Below are positions 8,976-17,395 of a stretch of 32,000 nt of DNA, in pieces (positions within the stretch are counted from its first letter, which is position 1; each line of letters begins with the position of its first letter). The stretch lies in NCBI GenBank assembly GCA_030149205.1, contig JASBSB010000006.1:240001-272000 (forward strand), read 5' to 3'. A program made the translations under genes and the position numbers. This DNA is from Candidatus Heimdallarchaeota archaeon. Lineage in GTDB: Archaea > Asgardarchaeota > Heimdallarchaeia > Heimdallarchaeales > Kariarchaeaceae. The notes below the pieces were generated by a model. The model saw only the letters and a program-made list of their open reading frames with translations, had not been told where the DNA came from and did no database searches.

Positions 8976-9048
8976 CGCCTGCAGGACTTGAACCATGCGA
9001 TCTTTGGGTTATGAGCCCAACGAGTTAACCAAACTACTCCAAGGCGCT
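8973..9048 (-). tRNA. Initiator tRNA-Met (CAT)
   Basis: Minus strand reads AGCGCCT-TG-GAGT-AGTTTGGTTA-ACTC-G-TTGGG-CTCATAA-CCCAA-AGATC-GCA(T)GG-TTCAAGT-CCTGC-AGGCGCT-A. It has A1:U72, A11:U24 and three G:C pairs in the anticodon stem, all archaeal initiator hallmarks. CCA is not encoded. Confidence 0.93.
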
Positions 9049-9093
9049 TGCTTAGTGTACAAATTGTACGCACACATCGGTAATTCTCCTCTC

Positions 9094-9100
9094 TTTTATA
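9094..9100 (-). promoter_or_regulatory. Candidate TATA box for tRNA-iMet
   Basis: TATAAAA on the minus strand 46-52 nt upstream of tRNA position 1; no convincing BRE. Confidence 0.3.
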
Positions 9101-9160
9101 TCTATGCGAATTGACACTTCTCTATTGTAAAAATATCTAATTGACAGGAGCGTAGAAACT

Positions 9161-12145
9161 TCATGTTACCCTCAGGATTTTCTCGATTGATTCATTTTTT
9201 ATTCTAAAAAAGGGAACTGATGCCATAACTATTGAAAGGCTAAACAATAGCATGGATTCAATAAAGAGAAGACCAAAATCAAATACAAATGCAATTGGAG
9301 GTATTGTCGTTATTCCGATCTGATATCCTAATAATATGTAATAAGTTAAAATGAGCCCTACTGGAATCCCAAGAACCAAGGGTAAGAGTAAAGTTAAGAG
9401 TGATTCCGTAAACATTAAATTCCAGATCGTTTTCAATTTCATTCCCAGAGATCGTAGAATTCCAAACTCTCTCTTTCTCTGATCTAAAATTAAGAATGAA
9501 TAAAAAACTGTACTTGCTAAAGTGAGTGCCAAGACAAATCCTATATCGGTTAAGAACGTCAGAGAGTACGCTCTACCATCAAGACCATTTTTAGTTTTAT
9601 GGAGTTCTGAAATGCTGTCATCAAACTTTAGGATGCCAGGAAATTTGGACACTAAAATCGATCTCAGTTGGTTTGTATCTGTTCCCTGTTTAATTTTAAT
9701 GAATTGGTAATAGGAGAGTGAAAAAAATAAGAGAATTTCTGATTTGGGAACTTGACTTACATTGAACACCGAATTAAAAGTCTCAATTGAAGTTAAGAAA
9801 AACACATTCAGTGCGCTTAGACTTGTTTCTGAAGTTATTAGTTTAGGTAAATAGTGAAATGTCCCAATAGGATTAAGAACTTTATAACTATTAAAAAAAT
9901 CCATGGTGAAGTTTCTTCCAACTTTGATGGACCCTGCGTCTGTTGAACCGGTATAAACATAAGTATTTCCCTTTGTATTTAATGTCTGTTGTATTTCAGG
10001 TAAACCAGTCGAAGAAAACCAAGGTCTCCAGTAGGCTGATGAATTATAACTTAATGGATCAATTCCCATCATACTGTAAAACTTATCTGAACGATAATAC
10101 CCTAAGCGGATTGGAGTTGATGCAACAATTCCAGGGATATTCATTAATTCTTTGGTTTCATTTTGAGTTAATGGAGCAACTAATCTTAAGGATAAATCAG
10201 AACCACTATTGTAATACACTGTACGAGTTTGTGTGGCTGATAGGGAAGATGGAATCAACGAGTAACTAGTTAAGAGCACGGTTGAAAGGAACACTAATGC
10301 GATAAACTTGCTTGTGTAATGACGGTGATATTTGAGGTTTTTGGATACAACTTCGACTTCTACCTTATTCAGGTTTCCAAAGATTTTCTCAAATATTATT
10401 GGTAACAGGGAATAGTAATTAATTATTAATAGAATTGACCCAAGAACAAAGAGCAAAATTCCAATAGGAAAGAAGTATTGAAGGTAAGTTCCTAATACTT
10501 GATTGCTTGAAGTTATCTCTAACGTACTAAAAACAAGTGGTAACGATCCAAAAACCACCAAAATAATATCCAAATTCATTGATTTCCACAAAGGAACTCT
10601 GTCAGAAAGTTCAAAGTTTGTCTGATATTCCCCAAAATTTACCAATTCGGGGTCTCTAAACAAACTTAAGTTCAAAAAAATCGTAAATGTTAAGATCAGT
10701 AATTGATAAAATGTCTCCGCCCTCAGGTATTTTGCACCACCTAAACCAAAATTAGCAAACATAATACTAACAAGTGGAAGACTCACCAGCAGAGAAAAAA
10801 GAATTACGAGAGTCGAAAGTAAGATGGTTTCCAAATAATAGCTAGTTTGTACAAAATAACTTTCAGTCCCTCTTAATTTTAATATATTAAGAACCTGTCT
10901 GATGCGATGTTCAGTTAAAACCGTAGAAAAATATAACAAAAAGAGGCTTAACCCGAATAAGGGGACTGTAAACAGAAGAAGGATAACCTCTAGTCTATTA
11001 AATGAATCTTGTAATTTCAACAGCCTTGGATAAATCAAGTTTTCCACAAGCAAAGGCCCATCTCTGGAATTGATTGCTGTCACAAGTACCGATAATTCTG
11101 AATTCAAGCGTCTTGTGTCAGTAATTAATTTAAAAAGTGGTTCTTCTCGAAACAGATGATTTTGAGTTAAGAATACAATGGTATAACTAACAAATGGGAT
11201 ATTTGGAGATATATCCGCCTTTGCTAAATCATCTGAAAACATTAGATGATGTAACTTTATAAAAAGCTCAGGGGCTAAAAATAATGCATACTCACCTAAA
11301 AAGTTCAAATTAAAAAATTTATATGCAGTAGAATAAAGTATCTTCCCATTAAACTGGAAATTGAACTCTGATGAATTAAATGATTTCAACCCATTCTTGG
11401 TTTCAAACTTAATAAGTGGGAAGTGTTCGCTTGAACTATTAAATTCATCAAAGGATGATAACAGAGCAACTGAAGAATTAGAGCCATAAGTCTTAGAACC
11501 ATTGTAGTTTGGATCCTTTGTTAATTCATCAAAAATGAATTTATCCATTGCAAAAATTTTCAACACTGGGTTTTGATAGGTATGAGGTGAAGATGTAACC
11601 ATTTTAGATAGATTAAATCTTATCTCATAAAGTATTTCAACAAGTGTTTGAGAAACCTTAAATTCAGTTGTGTTTAAATGTCCACCCACCTTTGATACAA
11701 TCTCTGTTCCTAGTACACTAAATCCTTCCAATGAAAGAGAGTTGTTTGTCATTTTTGGTTTATTAGTAGATATACTAAAAATTGGACTTGAATTACTATC
11801 TGGGTAATTGTTCAATACGTTTTGAGTGTAAAAGCCATTCAAGGAGAGAAAAAACTGGGTTGCAAAAAATGTTGCTAGAAATAGAGTGAACAAAGATAGT
11901 AGAAGACTTCTTTTTGTGACTTTAAAATAAAATTTGGTTATCCAAAGATGCTTTTTAATCTTTTTTGCACCTGATTTTGTAAATTTCACTCTAGGGATAA
12001 AGTAAACTGTGTAAAATATAATTGAAAATGTTAGTAAAAGACGTATGAAATCGTTTGGAAAAAAAAGATAGAGGCTGTACAAATTAAGAGGTATAAGATG
12101 AACGATAAGAGTCGGATATCCTATTCTATTCAAAATTGTTAACAA
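9161..12145 (-). CDS. ABC transporter permease, FtsX/MacB-like with two FtsX domains
   Basis: Two FtsX-type TM modules (RQVLNILKLRG...YYLETIL and RKREFGILRSLGM...MFTESLL), each preceded by a large extracytoplasmic domain. The TTG start is uncertain. Confidence 0.85.
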   Translation of the reverse strand: MLTILNRIGYPTLIVHLIPLNLYSLYLFFPNDFIRLLLTFSIIFYTVYFIPRVKFTKSGAKKIKKHLWITKFYFKVTKRSLLLSLFTLFLATFFATQFFLSLNGFYTQNVLNNYPDSNSSPIFSISTNKPKMTNNSLSLEGFSVLGTEIVSKVGGHLNTTEFKVSQTLVEILYEIRFNLSKMVTSSPHTYQNPVLKIFAMDKFIFDELTKDPNYNGSKTYGSNSSVALLSSFDEFNSSSEHFPLIKFETKNGLKSFNSSEFNFQFNGKILYSTAYKFFNLNFLGEYALFLAPELFIKLHHLMFSDDLAKADISPNIPFVSYTIVFLTQNHLFREEPLFKLITDTRRLNSELSVLVTAINSRDGPLLVENLIYPRLLKLQDSFNRLEVILLLFTVPLFGLSLFLLYFSTVLTEHRIRQVLNILKLRGTESYFVQTSYYLETILLSTLVILFSLLVSLPLVSIMFANFGLGGAKYLRAETFYQLLILTFTIFLNLSLFRDPELVNFGEYQTNFELSDRVPLWKSMNLDIILVVFGSLPLVFSTLEITSSNQVLGTYLQYFFPIGILLFVLGSILLIINYYSLLPIIFEKIFGNLNKVEVEVVSKNLKYHRHYTSKFIALVFLSTVLLTSYSLIPSSLSATQTRTVYYNSGSDLSLRLVAPLTQNETKELMNIPGIVASTPIRLGYYRSDKFYSMMGIDPLSYNSSAYWRPWFSSTGLPEIQQTLNTKGNTYVYTGSTDAGSIKVGRNFTMDFFNSYKVLNPIGTFHYLPKLITSETSLSALNVFFLTSIETFNSVFNVSQVPKSEILLFFSLSYYQFIKIKQGTDTNQLRSILVSKFPGILKFDDSISELHKTKNGLDGRAYSLTFLTDIGFVLALTLASTVFYSFLILDQRKREFGILRSLGMKLKTIWNLMFTESLLTLLLPLVLGIPVGLILTYYILLGYQIGITTIPPIAFVFDFGLLFIESMLLFSLSIVMASVPFFRIKNESIEKILRVT

Positions 12146-12246
12146 TGAAATTTTATGAACTCTTTATAAAAACTGTTAGATTGAAAACCGAAACTAATTC
12201 CCTCATAGTTTGATTTAACAATAATTTAAAAACCTATAAATTGCGT

Positions 12247-13086
12247 TTATAATCGGTATTCATCTGGAATCTCTCCATCTTTTGGAACATGAAGTAATTT
12301 TGTTTGAGCTAACCACCTACCTGTTGTTCTGATGGCGAGTGGGATTCCATATCTTGAAATTCCTAGCACTGAGGGTATTCCATGGTTTTTCGCCCATAAG
12401 TCAGTTCCAATATCTGGTTCAATTACATGAGAGAGCAATCTCTTAGGCCTATGTTTAAAGGTGTTTTTCTCAGTCTCATCAAACAATTTTATGTAAGTCT
12501 GCTTAGACAGAGTAATAGGTTGATAGAAAATTGACTTCTTGGTGAGAGGTATATTCACTGAGAGCATTTTTATCTCTTCATGCTTATGAGTGATGAATTT
12601 ATAAAGCAATTTTGGAAAAATCTTTAGAGCGGATTGGAACTCTTCAGTGGTTCTTTTTTCTGTCGTATAGGGACAGCTAAGTGCTAAACTTGGAATTCCT
12701 GAGATTAGGCCTTCCATTGCACCTCCCACAGTTCCTGATGATAAGAAATGCCCCCAACTCACGTTGCTCCCCACATTTGCACCCGAGATTACAAAATCTG
12801 GTTTGTTGTTGAAATTATAAACACCTATATTCACACAGTCTGCAGGAGTACCTGTGAGAGTTGAGATTGGATGGTCAAGACCTTCCAATTTTACATTTTC
12901 TTCAAGATGTAATTCATCAAAGATTGAAATTTGCTTAGATATCCATGACCGTTGTCTGTCTGGGATAATTACTCTAAGTGATATATCCAAATTATATGGT
13001 TCCTCCTTCAGATGTAAAATTGAATTGATTGTTGGTATAGTTGCAGGAGAGATACCATCATCATTCGTCAGAAGGATGTTGATCAT
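12247..13086 (-). CDS. surE: 5'/3'-nucleotidase SurE
   Basis: ILLTNDDG, GTPADCV, VISGAN.GSN, SGTVGGAMEG, PSLALS. Confidence 0.93.
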   Translation of the reverse strand: MINILLTNDDGISPATIPTINSILHLKEEPYNLDISLRVIIPDRQRSWISKQISIFDELHLEENVKLEGLDHPISTLTGTPADCVNIGVYNFNNKPDFVISGANVGSNVSWGHFLSSGTVGGAMEGLISGIPSLALSCPYTTEKRTTEEFQSALKIFPKLLYKFITHKHEEIKMLSVNIPLTKKSIFYQPITLSKQTYIKLFDETEKNTFKHRPKRLLSHVIEPDIGTDLWAKNHGIPSVLGISRYGIPLAIRTTGRWLAQTKLLHVPKDGEIPDEYRL

Positions 13087-13232
13087 TATTTTCTATAAAA
13101 TCACCATAACATTAAGTCTTCTGTATGATAAACGATTATCTGGTACTTCGAATCATATTCTGTTTTCATAGATACAAATTGTGATTAGGGATGTGAAAAG
13201 ACTAATATTTGTTCTTTCTTCAACTATTGAAT

Positions 13233-14738
13233 ATGAATTCTTTCAATCAACTCCTGTCAAGGTATAAAGAACAAACGATCTTAGGCTCAATTGGTTCTGT
13301 GCTTGCATGGGACACTAACACAAGCTTACCACCTGCAGGTGTTGAATACCGATCAGAACAGGCTTCTTTTATAAGTAGACTTTCTCATAAGATGCTTAAG
13401 GATCCTGAATACAAAAAACTTCTTGAAAATGGGTCAAAAGACCTTAGTGATGATATAGAACGGAGGGATTATGAGATCTTAGAGAGGAATTTTAAAATTT
13501 CAACTGCGTTTGATGACAGCTTCGTTAGCAAAATAAGTAAACAAGCAAATCTTACCTTTAACATATGGAGAAAAGCCAAACAAAAGAGTGATTTTTCATT
13601 GGTTGAGACAGATCTTTCAAAGCTCTTCAATCTGACAAAAGAGAGAGGAGAGGTCTTAATGGATGTTTTAGATCTCAATGATCCATTTGAAGCATTAATT
13701 CAGGTTAGAGAGCCAAAATTCTCTAAGTCAAAAATCACCCAACTTTTTAATGAGTCTAAAGACTTTCTAATTCCAATGGTTGATAAATATTCAACAAAAT
13801 CATCAGAGTATGACTTTAGCTTCTTAAATCGACCTGTTCCCAAAAGTACACAAGAAGAACTTGTGAAGGAGGTTGCTAGATTATTTAATTACGATTTTGA
13901 GAGTCAAAATTCCTATGGGCGAATCGGAGAAGTGGAACATCCACTTACAATAACTTGTGGCCCAAGAGATGTGAGAGTCACAGTCTCATACAATGAGACT
14001 GATGTCCTAAGGAGTGTGTCAGCCATGGCTCATGAGCTAGGTCATGCAATAGATAAATTAGGGAGAAACAACGATTGGTTGGATAGACCAATCTATAACG
14101 CATCATCCCCAAGTATAGCTGAATGTTATTCAAGGTTCACAGAAAATAAGATTGGAAACTCTTTAGAATTCTGGAAGGCTTATTTTCCGAGATTTCAAAA
14201 GATAACAGGTGACACCTTTAAAGATATTGACTTTGAAAGATTCTATTTAGGAATTAATCGAATTAAACCTGATGTTAGCAGAATGAGAGCTGATGAGTTA
14301 ACCTACCTTCTTCATATAATAATCAGATTTGAGCTTGAACAGGAACTATTTTCAGAAAAGTTGACAATAAAGGAAGCTCCTGCTGTATGGAATGAGAAAT
14401 ACCAAAAATATCTTGGAGTAACGGTAAATAACGACACCGAGGGGATCATGCAGGATCTTCACTGGTTCAGCTATTATTGGGCCTATTTTCAAGGTTATGG
14501 ATTAGGAGATATAGCAGGATCCCAGATTCATCATACTCTATTGAATGACCAACCAGATGTATATGAAAAACTGTCACAGGGTGACAGTTCTGAATTCAGA
14601 TCTTGGCTTGATACTAAGGTATTTATCAATTCCGGGCGATATGACCCCCTTGATTTGTTTAAGAAGATAACTGGAGAAGAGTTACAAAGCAAATATCACA
14701 AAAATTATTTGACCAACAAGTTTGAGAAATTGTTTTAG
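13233..14738 (+). CDS. Carboxypeptidase, peptidase family M32 (Taq-like)
   Basis: LAWD, HELGH (HExxH), RMRADELTYLLHIIIRFELE, GIMQDLHW, YFQGYGLG. ATG 13233 is preferred over TTG 13209. Confidence 0.93.
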   Translation: MNSFNQLLSRYKEQTILGSIGSVLAWDTNTSLPPAGVEYRSEQASFISRLSHKMLKDPEYKKLLENGSKDLSDDIERRDYEILERNFKISTAFDDSFVSKISKQANLTFNIWRKAKQKSDFSLVETDLSKLFNLTKERGEVLMDVLDLNDPFEALIQVREPKFSKSKITQLFNESKDFLIPMVDKYSTKSSEYDFSFLNRPVPKSTQEELVKEVARLFNYDFESQNSYGRIGEVEHPLTITCGPRDVRVTVSYNETDVLRSVSAMAHELGHAIDKLGRNNDWLDRPIYNASSPSIAECYSRFTENKIGNSLEFWKAYFPRFQKITGDTFKDIDFERFYLGINRIKPDVSRMRADELTYLLHIIIRFELEQELFSEKLTIKEAPAVWNEKYQKYLGVTVNNDTEGIMQDLHWFSYYWAYFQGYGLGDIAGSQIHHTLLNDQPDVYEKLSQGDSSEFRSWLDTKVFINSGRYDPLDLFKKITGEELQSKYHKNYLTNKFEKLF

Positions 14739-14782
14739 GTGGTCTCCACTAAATTCTCAAGCCTACAGGCTTCAACAGAGGG

Positions 14783-16096
14783 TTAAATGGTTATAGGAAT
14801 AGACTTTAATGCTATGGTTAATGGAAAGCTGTCAGTTTTTGTGAAAAGGGTTAGATGCAAATAAGGGATGTTAATTAATTTATCTGCTTTAATTTTAAGT
14901 AAGACAAAGGGGGTAGCCTGGATCAGATACCCGCTAATGTTGTACAATGATACTACTTCTGATTGACCAATAAAAAGTGGTTTGGTGGCTACCCAACTTA
15001 GGTTTCCAAATATGACATCATCGATTGTTGCAAACCTCATTGATACACTTGAAGTATTCAAATCAATTAGAAAATCATTTCTTAGGCTTAGATTTAAGGT
15101 AAAATTACCATTTCCGGTAGATTGATCTAAGCCTGTTATATTGAAATTAGAGATTGAGAATCCAAACGCATCTATGGTTGAAATATTTACCCTTACTGAG
15201 GTAAGTACAGGTATAGGTAAGCCCAGAATTTTAATGGTTCCATTTATTAAGACATGAATAGCCTGTGGAGAAGAGTTTATGAGAAATGCAACTGTTTCAT
15301 TAAATTTTTCAACCATGGTAATTGGTAATGTGTAATTGTGGGAATTGGGGGATAGAAATAATTCGAGTGATTTATTAGAGACGCCCAGTAACCTATTCAA
15401 GATAATGAATTGTAAATCGCCAACAAAGGTGGGAGAAATCCCAAGTGTGTTATTTATCATTAAGGACATCAGAGTGGTTCTGTTATTAGAATTAGTAGGT
15501 GTTTCAATGCGATTGATCTTAAATTGTAATGTATTTTTATTAGTGATATGGAGAATATTGTTGAAGTTTATCTGTTGTGAGATTCCATAAATACTAAAAT
15601 CTATTATACCCTTAAAGGGGATATTAAGAGTTTGACCTGCCAATAATTGACTGAAAAGTAGGACTGTAAACCCATCCTGATTAGAAAGTGTGGGACTAAT
15701 TTCTATGTCAAAGCTAATTGGAATCTTGAGTATGTTTCCTGAGATTGAGTTTGTTATTTGCTTTATCCCTGTGAAATTATTGAAGATGAAGGTTCCTAAG
15801 GATTTTGACTGATTTGTTGTAAATTCAACCGTTAGTTTATTTAGGTGAATGTTCCCTCCGGATGTTGATGTGCTCAAATTATAGATCAGAAGATTCGAGT
15901 GGACAGTTAATGCACCATTTGACTCTGAAAGTAGGATATCTCCCAATTCAAATCTTGCAGCATTTAGTTCGTTTGTAAATTGTGATTGACTATTTTGTAG
16001 TTGAACAAATTGGTACCCCAAAACGCTTGCCAGTAATATTATGACTCCTATCGCAATGACCTTTAAGTTGAGTTTTGAGTTAAGCAAAGATTTCAA
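14783..16096 (-). CDS. Membrane-anchored secreted beta-rich protein with probable tandem LEA_2/WHy-like domains
   Basis: One N-terminal TM helix (KVIAIGVIILLASVLGY), then three segments with an l.l.l.i.N...i.l..l pattern; many N-x-S/T sequons. Confidence 0.55.
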   Translation of the reverse strand: MKSLLNSKLNLKVIAIGVIILLASVLGYQFVQLQNSQSQFTNELNAARFELGDILLSESNGALTVHSNLLIYNLSTSTSGGNIHLNKLTVEFTTNQSKSLGTFIFNNFTGIKQITNSISGNILKIPISFDIEISPTLSNQDGFTVLLFSQLLAGQTLNIPFKGIIDFSIYGISQQINFNNILHITNKNTLQFKINRIETPTNSNNRTTLMSLMINNTLGISPTFVGDLQFIILNRLLGVSNKSLELFLSPNSHNYTLPITMVEKFNETVAFLINSSPQAIHVLINGTIKILGLPIPVLTSVRVNISTIDAFGFSISNFNITGLDQSTGNGNFTLNLSLRNDFLIDLNTSSVSMRFATIDDVIFGNLSWVATKPLFIGQSEVVSLYNISGYLIQATPFVLLKIKADKLINIPYLHLTLFTKTDSFPLTIALKSIPITI

Positions 16097-16192
16097 TATC
16101 CCTTGCTATTTAAATTTCTCTTAAAAGTTAGGTCTCAAGATTAAGAAAATGTAAGTTGTAAACACTTTTTAATTGTCAAGAAATACACAGGT

Positions 16193-16933
16193 ATGGATCA
16201 GGATAGACTGAGTTGGGAACAAAAAGCAGAGGATTGGCACAAGCAGGTGATGTACGACGGAGATAAATCAAGAAAGTATTTTTCTGATCCATGGATATGG
16301 AAGCTTCTAGGAAACGTTAAGGATAAAAAAATCTTAGATCTTGGGTGTGGTACAGGTTATCTCTCTATCCGGATAGCTTCAAAGGGAGCTTCGGTCATAG
16401 GAGTTGATTTTGCTGAGACAATGATACAAAAAGCCAAGCAAATCTCTCCTGAAAATCTCGATATTGAGTTTATCAGAAGTGAGAGCCATAAACTTTCGTT
16501 TATTCAGAATGAATCTCTTGATTTTGTTGTGTCGAACTTTGTGTTCATGGATATAAAAGAGATTGAAAAAACAATGGATGAGCTTTACCGAGTGCTCAAT
16601 GATAGAGGGAAGGTAATCACTGTGTTTTCTCATCCCTGCTTCCCTTTGGATCAATGCCAAGAGACTGAAGAAGGAGTGGTTTTTAATTGGGAACATCCTT
16701 ATTTTTCTAAAAGAAGAGTCACATCACCACCTTGGGCTCATCATAAGAGTGACTTCATTCACTATCATCGTCCACTATCATACTATTGGCAGATATTTAA
16801 AAAATCAGGATTTTCGGTTTTGGATTTTATAGAACCTGTTGCTTCAGAAGAGTTAAAGGTACAGTCACCACAGCTGTATGAGAATAGTCTGTTTAAGCCT
16901 GTTATGGTGTTATTTCAACTCTCAAAAGACTAA
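16193..16933 (+). CDS. Class I SAM-dependent methyltransferase
   Basis: Motif I ILDLGCGTG, GVDFA, LDFVVSNFVFMD, LNDRGKVI..FSHPCF. Confidence 0.9.
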   Translation: MDQDRLSWEQKAEDWHKQVMYDGDKSRKYFSDPWIWKLLGNVKDKKILDLGCGTGYLSIRIASKGASVIGVDFAETMIQKAKQISPENLDIEFIRSESHKLSFIQNESLDFVVSNFVFMDIKEIEKTMDELYRVLNDRGKVITVFSHPCFPLDQCQETEEGVVFNWEHPYFSKRRVTSPPWAHHKSDFIHYHRPLSYYWQIFKKSGFSVLDFIEPVASEELKVQSPQLYENSLFKPVMVLFQLSKD

Positions 16934-16936
16934 AAA

Positions 16937-17320
16937 TTAATTATCTTCCCACTCCACATCATAGTCAATTTCATCATCATCAAAATCATTTTCATCACTA
17001 TCAAATTCTACATTGAACTCATCGTCAAAATCATCAAAGTCCGAGTCAAACTCTTCATCCCAACTGAGAGGTGAATCAGTATCATTATCGTCAATTTCTT
17101 TGTAAGAATCTGTTTCTATATCATCTTCGACCAAATCAACATCATCAAAAGAATTAAAGTCATTTTCTGCGTTGAACTCTTCAACCAAAAAGTACTTGCC
17201 TTTTGAGTTTTTTTCTATTGTCAAGGTACTTTTACATTGATAACAAAGAACCTGATCTCCTTCATATGCCCTCTTTAAACGTATTTCGTTGTCACAGATG
17301 GGGCAAGTCATTACAAACAT
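16937..17320 (-). CDS. LysW-like zinc-ribbon protein with long Asp/Glu-rich tail
   Basis: CPIC-x16-CYQC ribbon (TCPICDNEIRL...GDQVLCYQCKSTLTI), then about 75 aa dominated by D/E. ATG 17320 has an AGGTGA Shine-Dalgarno 4 nt upstream. Confidence 0.65.
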   Translation of the reverse strand: MFVMTCPICDNEIRLKRAYEGDQVLCYQCKSTLTIEKNSKGKYFLVEEFNAENDFNSFDDVDLVEDDIETDSYKEIDDNDTDSPLSWDEEFDSDFDDFDDEFNVEFDSDENDFDDDEIDYDVEWEDN

Positions 17321-17324
17321 AGGC

Positions 17325-17330
17325 TCACCT
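17325..17330 (-). promoter_or_regulatory. Shine-Dalgarno site for the acidic Zn-ribbon gene
   Basis: Minus strand reads ATAGGTGAGCCTATG; GGTGA is the archaeal SD core. Confidence 0.6.
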
Positions 17331-17395
17331 ATATTTCTCAAATTAAGTGCTTATTAAGAATTTATCGAACCGTTACTTGAATCAATGTGATAATC

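Noticed and set aside
16940-17180. TCA/TCATCA-rich repetitive DNA
   Set aside because: Explained by GAT/GAC/GAA codons of the acidic protein tail; there is no fixed repeat unit or spacer structure.
16937-17320. Calling the Zn-ribbon gene a bona fide lysW
   Set aside because: It lacks the terminal EDWGE glutamate and no lysine/arginine biosynthesis genes are nearby, so it is kept as LysW-like only.
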